64,000 nt of DNA from the human T2T-CHM13v2.0 reference genome, Homo sapiens: the NCBI RefSeq assembly GCF_009914755.1, contig NC_060933.1; one strand, 5' to 3'. A program made the translations under genes and the position numbers. Within the stretch, counting starts at the first letter, position 1, and each line of letters opens with the position of its first letter. Below are positions 49,057 to 64,000 of the stretch, in pieces. The notes below the pieces were generated by a model. The model made no database searches. It saw only the letters and a list, made by a program, of their open reading frames with translations, and was not told the DNA's origin.

Positions 49057-49689
49057 CTAGGATAGCTAGCGTTTCTCAGCTCCCACACTCCCCCAACTCC
49101 CTGGCATCTGCCTTCTCTCCAGGGAGGACTAGTACATCATTCTACTCATACATTCTACGCATACCTCATTCTACCAGTCCTACCAGCTCGTGCACCCAAG
49201 CCTTTGCATGGGCCTCCCATCATGCCTTCCCACAGCCCACTTGTAATGTCCTGGCTAATTCTCAGGTATCCGCAGGTCTCCACGTGGATATAAACATCTT
49301 TTCTACCAGAAACCTTCCCCCACGTCTCCAAAATGGGTCACCTGCCCCACAGCTACTCAAACCTTTCCGGTCAAGCTCGTTCCTTTGCCTGGCCTGCCCA
49401 CCAATGCCCTGGGTGGGGACTCTGCCTGGGTCTCGCAGCACCCTCAACGCCAAGCCAGGAAGGGAAGGCAGGTTCTGAGGAAACTCTTACTGCAATAAGA
49501 AATGAATTAAATCTCTAAGGTTCTAAGTCTCTACAATTCTATTCGCTGTCTCCAGATTCTATTCTGAAAGGCCAAAATTTCTAAGAATCTGATTTTATGT
49601 TAATTCAAAAGTGTTTCCACGTCTATGCTCAAAGTTTACAAAAGACTACTCAAAGTTTACCATTCCAACTCTAAGGAGTCCTTAACTCT

Positions 49690-50620
<931 letters not shown>

Positions 50621-50740
50621 AGCGGCTGAATTAAGGAACGAACGGATTGTTTCCTCACAGTGTCCTGCGGTGCCCTTAATGTCGCTCCTTCATCTGGGCC
50701 AGGCTGCTGGGGCTAAAAGCGCCTCCTGTTCTCTCTCTCT

Positions 50741-52728
<1,988 letters not shown>

Positions 52729-52741
52729 TTCTCTCTCTTTA

Positions 52742-52930
52742 TCAGCGGTCCTTGAAGTGTGTCCCACACAGCAGTAGCACCATCACCAGCTGCAACACTG
52801 TTACAAACGCAGATTTTTCTGGCCCTACCCAAGATCTACTGAATCAGAAATTCTGGGTGTGGGTTCAGCAACCTATATTTTAACAAGCCCTCTGGGTGAT
52901 TCTGATGCATGCTAAAGTTGGAGACCCACG
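52742..52930. mobile_element. MER5A-like hAT element
   Basis: ctactgaatcagaaattctgggtgtggggttcagcaacc...ggtgattctgatgcatgctaaagttggaga. Confidence 0.75.
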
Positions 52931-53608
52931 TTTGATCTTCATTGCACGCCTGCCATCCACCGGGGAGGGCCCAGATGATCATCCCTACGTTGCAGAGGAG
53001 GCAACCGAGGCACAAAGAGGTTGTGTCTTGCCAAAGACTCCACAACTATTCTGCAGGAGAGCTGTGAGTAGGACTCAGGTCTTCTGACATCGAGTCCAAC
53101 TCTCTTTCCATTTTCAACAAATATGTATTGAGTGCCTGCCATTTCCAGACACTGTTTTAGGTGCTGGAAAAGCTGCAGGATTTAGTACAAGGTTCTTCTG
53201 TAGCTCACAGATCCATGAGAGCCTGAGAACCAGTTCTGGAGGCCCCAAAGCCAGGAACAATGACCCAAATCTCATGCCGCAGCTGCACCCTGTAGGAAGA
53301 TGGGGTTGGTTCAGGCCCTTTTTGGTGTTCCTGGCTTCAGATTCAGAGGCTGAGGTGACAGTGCCTGACTGGCCCAACTTGGGTCATGTGCTCATATAAT
53401 AGCGGGAGGTAGTTTCTGCTTCAGAAGGTAGGGCACTCCCAAATGTAGGAAGGGGGTTCAGATGCTGGGCAGTCAAAAACGATAACAAGTGTTTGCTATG
53501 AAATATTCCCTCTGGACACCCTTTTTCTTTTGGGAAGCCTTTCTTCCCTACTCACAGTCTGTGTGCTTCAGTGGTTAGCACATATCCTGATTGGCTTCAG
53601 CCCAGGAC

Positions 53609-53905
53609 TTTTTTTTTTTTGAGACGGAGTCCCACTCTCTCTCCCAGGCTGAGGTTCAGCGGCACAATTGCACCCCACAAACTGCAACCTCTGTCTCCTG
53701 GGTTCAAGTGATTCTCTGCGTTAGCCTCCCGAGTAGCTGGGATTACAGGCACCCACCACCATGCCCGGCTAATTTTTGTATTTTTAGTAGGTACGGGGTT
53801 TCACCACGTTGTCCAGGCTGGCCTCAAACTCCTGACCTCAAGTGATCTTCCTCCCTCAGCCTCCCAAAGTGCTGGGATTACAGGCATGAGCCACTGTGCC
53901 CAGCC
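53609..53905 (-). mobile_element. AluS
   Basis: Full Alu; TSD cagcccaggaYttt. Confidence 0.9.
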
Positions 53906-54246
53906 CAGCCCAGGATTTTTGCTAAAGCAATTGAGAATGAGGCCCTCTCTGCTGAGGTTGCCAGCTATCAGGATGTCAGCCAAACTGGTGCTCACTTTGC
54001 CACCACTTGAAGACAGCCTGCCTAAGAGTGAAGTCACCACAAAAGAAAGCAAAACCAAGTGATAGAAAGAGACTAAGTTAGAAAATCCCTCCCCACATTC
54101 TTTTTGGTGAGGTTTATTTTGAGCAGCATTGTTGTCACTTGCATTCCAAGCCTTAACAAATGGATAATTTACTTTTTTTGTAAATGAATGGGTTCATACT
54201 ACGCATGCTATTCTTGAATCTTGCTTTTTTTTTTCTTTTTCCATTA

Positions 54247-54668
<422 letters not shown>

Positions 54669-54679
54669 TTAATCATTTA

Positions 54680-54987
54680 ATTTTTATTTCTATTTTATAT
54701 TTTTTGAAATGGAGTCTCACTCTGTCATCCAGGCTAGAGTGCAGTGGTGCAATCTTGGCTCACTGAAACCTCTGCCTCCTGAGTTCAAGCGATTCTCCTG
54801 CCTTAGTCTATGGAGTAGCTGGGATCACAGATGCCCGCCACCACACCAAGCTAATTTTTGTATTTTTAGTAGAGACGGGGTTTTGCCATGTTGGCCAGGC
54901 TGGTCTTGAACTCCTGACCTCAAGTGATCCACCCGCCTCGGCCTCCCAAAGTGCTGGGATTACAGGCATGAACCACTGTTCCCAGCC
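54680..54987 (-). mobile_element. AluS
   Basis: Full Alu; TSD atttaatcattt. Confidence 0.9.
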
Positions 54988-54997
54988 CATTTAATCA

Positions 54998-55320
<323 letters not shown>

Positions 55321-56229
55321 AAACAAGCACAGTTAGCTTGTTTCCAGTTTTCTGCTCTTATAAAAAATACTGCATTGGACAGCGCTTGTAGCAGCCAGGG
55401 TCCCACCAGGAAACAGATGGCACACTTGGCTGAGGAGCTGGGGAATGCTTACTAAAGGACCATTTACAGAAGTATAGGCAGGATTTACTAAGAGCCACAA
55501 GGGATGGTGCAGTACTCCAGGGCTGGTAATAGTACAGAGCTGTTACCATCCCAGGCCTGAAGGGGAAAAGGGGAGAGCAGGTACTGGAATTCTGCAAGAG
55601 AGAAAAATTGCAGAGACCTACCTGATAGGAGCTACAGCCTTTGGTAGAGGGACAGAGCCAACCCACAGCAACTCAGTAGGGAGCTATCCTCAGAGGAATA
55701 AAAACCTCTGACCTCACTCTCCTCCTGCCCTCTGATCTCCTGCCAGTGCTCCTCATTAGTAAACCCTACTGGAAGCTAGAGTCTTGGAGCCTGCTGATAT
55801 AGTTCATGCAGTCAGCCTTCCAGGGCACAGAACAGGGTGAAGAGAAACAGCAGGGACAAATGGACGATGTCTAGCACCTTGCTGCTCAATCTGGGGTTCT
55901 TGGACCAGCAGCACTGGTATCACCAGGGAGCTTGTTAGAAATGTGGCATCTTGGGCCCACACCAGACCTGCTTAACCAGATCTAGCATTTCAACAGGATC
56001 CCCAGGTGACTCACCATACCATACATTAAAGTTTGTGAAGCACAGATCCAGCACATCTTTCTATGCAAGTATAGCTATAGCCTTATTGTTTATGAATTCT
56101 CTTCCAGCCTTTTTTTTTTTCCATTGGTCCCTGTGTTGGTTTGGATCCTCTAAGAATCAGATGCCTAGATGTTTGTTTGTTTGTTTGTTTTCTGGGAAAA
56201 ATACCTACAAAGGACAAAGAGGGAAAGTG

Positions 56230-56657
<428 letters not shown>

Positions 56658-56850
56658 TCATGCAGATGTGGCCAGGTTCTGGTACCACACCATGCTCGGT
56701 CACTGACTGGGAGTAGCCAGAGGATACCACAAAGGATCCAAAGGCATAGCCACTGGGAGCTGGCAGTCAACCGTGTTTCCCCTAAAAGTTTCTCCCAAAG
56801 GGTAATCTGAGCAATGCACCTCATTTCCAACACAATTCCTTTCAACCAAC

Positions 56851-57050
56851 TTTTTTAAATTAAAATTTTTTCTTAATTTTGAATTTTTTAGGCATGGTAT
56901 CTTGCTTTATTGCCCAGGCTGGAGTGTAGAGGCTATTCACAGACACCATCGTGGTGCACTGCAGCTTCAAATTCCTGGGCTCCAGTGATCTTTCTGCCTC
57001 AGCCTCCTGAGTAGCTGGGACTATAGGTGTGTGCCACGGTACCAGGCTCA
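56851..57050 (-). mobile_element. Old Alu monomer or fragment (FAM/FRAM/AluJ-like)
   Basis: Diverged single arm with T-rich tail. Confidence 0.7.
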
Positions 57051-57599
57051 GCCAGCATTTACTAAATACCTTCTGTGTGCTAGGCATTATGTGTGTTGAA
57101 TGATAGAAACATGGCCTCATGGCTCCCAGGAAATCCCACATGACTGCAGAACAGTGGGGTCTATGAGTTTTCATCGTCAATTCAAAGGAAGATATCACAG
57201 TTTGGAGGATGCCACTGACAGCTTCATGGCAGAGCTTGGCTACAAGTTGGGCAGAAATGATGGGTGGGGTCTAGGTCGTTGTAGGAAAAAGGAGGAAACA
57301 TATTGGAAGGAGAGAGCAGGGGGACAGGAGGACCACAGACTGACAGAGTGGATTAGGCAGGAGATAAGGAAGGCTTAGAAGTAAAATAATCTCGAAAGAG
57401 TACAATATTTACTTTAAATGTCTTTTTTTTCCTAATAAGGTAACGATTGTTTTAAAGAATTCTGATGTTGTAGAAATATAGAATGTAAACTCCTTGAGAT
57501 CAGTGGCTTTGGATATTGTTTACCTCAAATCCCCAGAATCTAGCACACTGACTCCCAGATGGTAGGTGATCAATAAATATTTGTTGAAAAAAAAACAAA

Positions 57600-58745
57600 T
57601 AAATGGAACAAAAGTGAAAGGACCACAGAATCTCACCCATCAGAAGTAAATATAATATAGTTAATGGTTTGGTAAATATTCCTTTAGATTTTTTCCCCTT
57701 TCATATGTTAATATATATTATTTTACAAAAATAGGATCATACTATTCATATAGCTCCACGACTTGCTTCTCTTTTCTTTACAATGCATCTTGAACACATG
57801 TGTATGTTAAATGCCTACAACTAACTCATGCTTGCAAATAGCACTGTGGTATATTATGGTATTGTACGGATGTGCAATATTTTATTTTATAATCTCTTGA
57901 TGGAAATTTGGATTGTTTCCAACTTTTTGCTTTTATATACAATACTGCCATAAGCTTCCTTGTATGCATATCTTTTGAGCACTTACGAGTCTATGTTTGT
58001 TGGATAGATTCCTAGATGTGGAATTGCAAAATCAAAAAGATGTTAATATTAACATTTCTAATAAATGTTGCCTAATTGCTTTCCAAAAGGTTATACTAGT
58101 TTGCATTCCTACCAACAGTGGATGAGAGTGTGTTTTTTCACATCCTTGCCAACACTGGAATTAATAGCCTTTTTCATTTTTGCCAGTCTGATAGGTGAAA
58201 AAATATTTCAGGGTAGGTTTATTTTGTATGTATTTTAGAGAGATCGAGCATATTTTCATACTTTTATAAACTATTTATATCCTTTTGGGTGGGAACTGTC
58301 TATTTAAATCCTTTGACCATTTTTATTTCTGTTTGTTCTCTTTATTTCCCTATTGATTCACATACTGGGTAAATGTCATCTGCAAATATCTCTTTCTGAC
58401 TTGCCTTTTGTTTCTGGACTTTGTATTATACTGGAAGCCTTACAGAATTCAAAATTTTTATATAGTCACATTTAGAAATATTTTCCATATGGTCTCTGGT
58501 TTTTCTCATTCAATCCTTTTATAATTAAATTCCTTCCCTTCCCTTCCTTCCTTCCTTCCTTTTTTTGCTTATTTACTATGGCATCTTCAGATCATTTGGA
58601 ATTTATTTTGATGTAAAGTGTGATGTTGGGACTTGATTTGAATTTTTTCCAAATGGTTATCAAGTTGTCCCAATTATTACTTGAATTAGGCACATGTTCC
58701 CCACTAATATTTGAAATACCACATCTACCATAGATCATATTAAAC
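57600..58745 (-). mobile_element. Old L1 (L1ME-like) 3' remnant
   Basis: AT-rich; ttgcattcctaccaacagtggatgagagtg...catccttgccaacactgg matches the antisense L1 ORF2 end. Confidence 0.7.
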
Positions 58746-60519
58746 TCTAAAAGGAATGTAATAACTCCTATGAAGAGAGCTAATATGACAAATTAAAAGC
58801 ATCTTCTAGAGATATCTACTTGTTGGTGAGCAGCCGATGACATAACATGGTACTGTTAGTGAACAGATAAGCCCCCTAAAAATAGCAATAAACCCAAGGG
58901 CTTTACCTCTGTTGAAAAGATGCTAGATTTCCAACAAGCTCCCAGGTGGTACCAATGCTTCTGGTCTAAATATCATACTTCACTCAGCAAGGTGCTGGAC
59001 ATCTTCCCTTTGCCTTACTGACACTCTCTCCACTCTGTTTTGTGCCCCGGGAGGCTGACTGTGCAGACTGTATCACTCAATCTTCTCAACAACCCTGTTC
59101 AGGTGGTGCTATCATTAGATCACCATTTAATAGATGAGCAAATTGAGCCGAGATAAGTAAAGCAACTTGCCTGAGGTCACACTGCAATTCGTGATGGGGC
59201 TGGGTTGAGCTCAGGCAAGTGGGCTCCAAGGTTGTGTTCCGACCTCCTAAGCTAAGCTGCCTTTGCATCTCATTGCAGCCTGCCCAACAGTGAGTGGTGT
59301 GGTGGGAAATCCTGGACTGTGAGTCAGGAGACCCAGATACAAATCCTCCCTCTACCGCTTGCATGTTGTGTAACCTTGGGCAAGTTGCTTCACTTCTTGA
59401 GCCTACATATTCTCATCTGTCAACCTTGCAAGGTTGTCATAGGGTGAAATGAGAAAGTACATGAAAAAGAAAGTCCAGCAGTTTACAGCACACAGTGCGT
59501 GCTCAGTAAACAATAGCTTTTATCTGTTACCTGGGGCTTAAGTCCATGTCTTGTAAGGCCTAATTGCATTTCTCTTTTCTCTGTATCTGAACCTCTATTG
59601 AGAAGCATTCCAATTTGGCAAGCGGATCCAAGACATTATGAATTGTAATCCTTGTCTGTTTTCTAATCTGACCGCAGATCTTAAATGTGTTGGGTGTCTG
59701 AACAGAGGCCAAAGGGCTCAGGTCCAGACCTACCTAACACAACCGCCTTCTGGCATTAACCAGCAGCCTCCATTCTGCGTGGGAAGCAGGCGGGGCCCTG
59801 AGCACTGTGGGAAGAGCCACTTCCCTCTAGTCTAATATTAGCAGCAGGTTGTCCTGAGTGGGAGCTGCTTTGCATGGTTCATCCCAAAACCCACCCCCCT
59901 CCTGCAACCTGAGGGAGATTTCCTCTGGGGATACCAGTAGCCAAAGGCTGTATGAAGACAACAGCAAGTCAGATTCTACCTCTACCTGAGCCGCCAAGTT
60001 CAAGGTCCTCTCCCCACCCTGTGTCTCAGACCCCGCATTTATCAATGAGATAATTGGACCAGATTTGTGCTTTTTAAACTTTCTGGGCTTCTGGTCTCCT
60101 TGAGAATATTTGATAAAAAGCTTTGGACCAACTTCCCATGGTAAAACAAACAACAACAAATAGAGCTTACACTCTATCCTTCTACAGGGGATACAGAATG
60201 ATTCTTTTCCCTGAGCTAGACACCAGCAGAGGGAGTTCCAGATTAATTTAAGATATGATTTGAAATCTCTGCTATCACTTTTACATTCAGATATCTGTGT
60301 AGACATTACTTCATCAGAGAAGCTTTCCAAAACCCCCAAACTAGATCAAGTTCTACTATTCTAAGCCCTTTTAGCGCCCTGTAATTCTTCTTCAAAATAC
60401 TTAACACAATTCTAATTATCTTTTTAATATTTGTCTACTCCATTAGACTTACTTCGTCCCTGGCAGCTCAAGGCTCCCACAGCAGTGATCTCATGAACAG
60501 GGCGGCAGCTTCATGGCCT

Positions 60520-60808
60520 TTTTTGGTTGTTGTTTAATAGAAACAGGATCTCGCTTTGTCATCCAGGCTGCAGCGCAGTGGCGCATAGTTCACGGTAACC
60601 TCCAATTCCTGGGCTCACACAATCCTCCTGCTTCAGCATCCTGAGTAGCTGGCACTATAGGCACGTGCCACCATGCATGGCTAATTCTGAAATTTTTCTG
60701 TAGAGATGGGAGTCTTGCTATGTTGACCAGTCTCGTTTTAAGCTCCTGGCTTCAAGTGATCCTCCTATCTCGGCCTGGGATTACAGGTGTGAACTATCAT
60801 GTACAGCC
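60520..60808 (-). mobile_element. AluJ
   Basis: Diverged dimeric Alu. Confidence 0.85.
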
Positions 60809-61199
60809 TTCATGGCCTTTTGCTCCTAGCCTCAGAGGTCACAGAGCTATCACGAGGCGAGCCAGGCGAGGGTTTGCTATTCAAGGACTCCAAAGAGTAT
60901 GGCAGAGGCTGGGCCTGCAGAAGTCAGTGGGGCAGCGTGGTGTCTGTTGATCTCATCGCACCTCCATCTCCTCATCTGTAAAAGGGAGCTCGTAATCCTA
61001 GTTGATGGTTGTTTTATTGGACTGTGTAAAGATCAGATGAGATAATGGCAGTAGAATTCATAACACCCTGCAGGGTGTATTCAGCCAACACTTAGCGCCT
61101 ACAATATGCCAGGCGCTAAGGGTTTTACCACCACTATCTCTTTAATAATGCACCATAGCCCAAGAAGGAAGATGCAAGTCTCAGCCAGCCCACTTGAAG

Positions 61200-61860
61200 A
61201 CCCTGCCGAAATGAGCCACCCCGGGGGCTGCGCTTGGGCTGGCGCGGGGCTGGACGGAAAGGGGGCGGCGCGCAGGTGGGGCGGGCCGGGGGCGGGGCGG
61301 CACGGCGGTTCCGGGATCCGGGTCCTGGCCTCCACCGCCGCCTTGGGGCGCGCAGATCGCTGGCTGCAGTTGGCGGGCGCATGTGGGGGCGCACGGCGCG
61401 GCGGCGCTGCCCGCGGGAACTGCGGCGCGGCCGGGAGGCGCTGTTGGTGCTCCTGGCGCTACTGGCGTTGGCCGGGCTGGGCTCGGTGCTGCGGGCGCAG
61501 CGTGGGGCCGGGGCCGGGGCTGCCGAGCCGGGACCCCCGCGCACCCCGCGCCCCGGGCGGCGCGAGCCGGTCATGCCGCGGCCGCCGGTGCCGGCGAACG
61601 CGCTGGGCGCGCGGGGCGAGGCGGTGCGGCTGCAGCTGCAGGGCGAGGAGCTGCGGCTGCAGGAGGAGAGCGTGCGGCTGCACCAGATTAACATCTACCT
61701 CAGCGACCGCATCTCACTGCACCGCCGCCTGCCCGAGCGCTGGAACCCGCTGTGAGTGCACAGCTCTGGGGAGGAAGCCCGCCCTCAGAGCCCCGGGCCT
61801 CAGTTTCTCCATCAGAGCAGTGGCAGGGCGGGGAGCTGGGGTCTCCAGGATGGCGCGTCT
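61200..61860 (+). promoter_or_regulatory. CpG island and promoter of GALNT12
   Basis: CpG-dense; clustered GGGCGG Sp/KLF boxes at about 61261-61300, upstream of the ATG. Confidence 0.88.
61381..61751 (+). CDS. GALNT12: GALNT12 coding exon 1 (371 nt), polypeptide GalNAc-transferase 12: cytosolic tail, type II signal-anchor and stem, MWGRTARRR...ALLVLLALLALAGLGSVL...HQINIYLSDRISLHRRLPERWNP(L)
   Basis: Basic N-terminus plus hydrophobic anchor; GALNT-family stem motif NxxxSDRISLHRxLP; donor GCT|GTGAGT at 61751/61752. Confidence 0.96.
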
Positions 61861-64000
61861 TATTGAGTCTTTCTCCGAAGACGATAGTGTAAGAGCTCAC
61901 ATGGGGGCGGGGAGGCAAGAAAGTAAAAAAGACGAAAGTAGAAAAAAAATTACCAGAAATTGGCAAGTCTGTTAGTGATCTCTTAGCTCCCTTCTCCTTG
62001 AGAAGTTATCATCTCCCTGAAAAGGTGAGGGTCAGGGCTAAGCAGAAGGGTTTAAGGCGAGGACCCCCCAGCACCCAAAGGACAACCCCGCTCTGCCCGC
62101 CTCGCAGTGCCTCCGCGAAACTGACAACTCCTCCGGGCGGTGACCGGCTCCATTCATTCTCTGTGTGTGCCAGGGCCTAAGGGACAAACAAGATGCGAGG
62201 GAGCGCCCCACAGGTGAAGCGAAAGATGGCTGTAAGGCCCCCTCAGCGCTAGAAAGCCTCCTTGTGCTCTCCCTGGGCATTGGATTTCTGAGCTTTGGGT
62301 GGAGGAAGGCGGGAAGGGGCACGGGGTGGGAAGGGCTCCTTCTGGCCGTGATCCACCCCAGCTCACTCCTGTGGGTGGTGCTGGACTGGAGCCAGCGTGG
62401 TCAGAGGCCTAGTTCCTGTTGGAGCTACTGGCTGGGCAGGTTGCGCCCCTGCCTAGGTGGGGATCCAGGGCACACGCTGGCAGCAGGAGGAAGGACAGGT
62501 GGCTGCTGCCACCTTTGCCGCTGGGCCTCCCGGGCTCTCACTTTTTCTTCGAGGTGTCAGGGATCTTCCAAGTCCTTTTTTGAGCCCCTTCCTTACAGAC
62601 TTTGAGGAAAAGAGGACTCAGAGAGGGGGTTCCCATTGGAGCTGGTGGTGGCAGCCTGCCGTGTGCACCAGGCACCTGCCACTCCTCTCCCCTTCAAGCC
62701 ATTCCTGCTTTACAGGTGTGGAAATAGGTTCGGAAAGGATAGGTGACCCACCCAAGGCCCCTCAGCTGGAATGTGGTAGGACTGGTCTGGAGGGACTATG
62801 GCCCTTCTGGCCCACTTGGCACCATGCTGATCTCAGGATTTTAGGGGCCTGCTCCATGGTACCTTGGCCAGAGAGACCATGAATGATGGAATGAGGATGC
62901 CCCACCTCTGCCCCACTGTTTCCACTGTCTTCCCTGTTTTGGGGATCTCCTCATGCCTAGCCTCATGCTTCTGCCTGAGGCATTTTTCACTGTTAGTCTT
63001 TTTGAATAAAACTTTGTTGGGATTGATAGTAGTTCCTCCACTCACCAGCCTAACGCATGTTTAGCTCCTCGAAACCCCGAGGGCGCCCGCTGAGGCAAGG
63101 TGGAGGGGAAGCTTTCAGGTTATACCCAGCTTCAGATTAAATCCAGCCCAGGGGAGATAAAATCCTGGTTCTTTTGCTCGTCACTTCTGTGATCTCTGGC
63201 AAGCTGCTTAGCCTCTCAGAGCCTTGGTTTCCCTTCGTTTGCGAAATAGGAAACTCATAAAAGTGAGTCTCCATGCATTCTACATAAAAGTGAGTGGAAA
63301 GAACACAACTTAGGAATTAATAAAGCATCAATACCTGGGAGCACACTGTGTGCTTAAATCTTAGTTTTTTCACCTTTCCCTGTTGCCAAGAATGTACTCA
63401 AGAGGTTGCTTTTGAGAGTCATCCAGGGATTGGTTGTAGTTTTTCTTTCCTGGATCCAACTTCCTTTATTGTCGCAGGTTGTGAATATCTCTTTGAAACA
63501 CTGTGGACAATCTGTGGGGCTTATGGTAACCTGTCTCCATGGTGACGCAGCTGCCCTGTGTCCTCTCAGGATTTGCTTGTAGATCCTGCTGTTGCATTGA
63601 CCCTGGAAGTTAAGCCAAACCCAGCATGATAAGGAGTGTGAATGCCTCCTGCTTCTAATTCCTGCAGCAAGGCCTGTTGGGTTATTCTTACCCAGCCAGA
63701 GAGAAAGGTGAGCCTGAGCTGTGTGGGTCTCTGTTGGGCCAGGCTTTGAGATGTAACTTCAGAGTGGTCAGTAGGGTCAGGGTATTTTGTGGCATCTCAC
63801 TTTTATTACAGTTCATCCAGGAGCTAATCAGGGTCTTGAGATTTTGCCTGAGAAACCTGAATGGCAGATCATAAGTTCACAGTGTGGGTATGGGGTTCTC
63901 TGCGAGTCTAATAAACAGAGGGATAATGAGGGTCCTTGAATGTTGCAGGAGGGAGGGCCCTGAGGGAGGAGCATCTAGTCTAACCAGAGAGGAAAAGCCA

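Noticed and set aside
61106-61975. 289-aa ATG-initiated ORF overlapping GALNT12 exon 1 in another frame
   Set aside because: Low-complexity Gly/Ala/Arg product typical of CpG islands; its first ATGs lie upstream of the GC-box cluster; it crosses the splice donor

Overview
Human (primate) genomic DNA, recognised from the proteins as the ANKS6/GALNT12 locus (9q22.33). The minus strand carries coding exons 1-13 of ANKS6 (NPHP16; ankyrin repeats, Ser-rich region, start of the SAM domain). I spliced them by hand: all have GT/AG boundaries with consistent phases, giving 2394 nt (798 codons) without a stop. The last exons lie left of the window. About 11.2 kb upstream, on the plus strand, is coding exon 1 of GALNT12 in its own CpG island. 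The rest is intron or intergenic DNA dense in Alu, L1, L2, MIR, MaLR/ERVL LTRs and hAT DNA transposons, and most ORF-track entries are repeat- or GC-derived noise. I see no evidence of a new gene or a new biological system. The best second-look items are: an AluYg6 that appears to have replaced most of an older Alu; an internally inverted old L1 with a templated duplication at a breakpoint; a 5'-inverted L1 beside the ANKS6 promoter; an intron-2 read-through/polyadenylation isoform; tandem splice sites; co-oriented CTCF-like motifs; and a weak-Kozak GALNT12 start. Repeat subfamily names come from recalled consensus sequences, not from a database run, and repeat boundaries are approximate.
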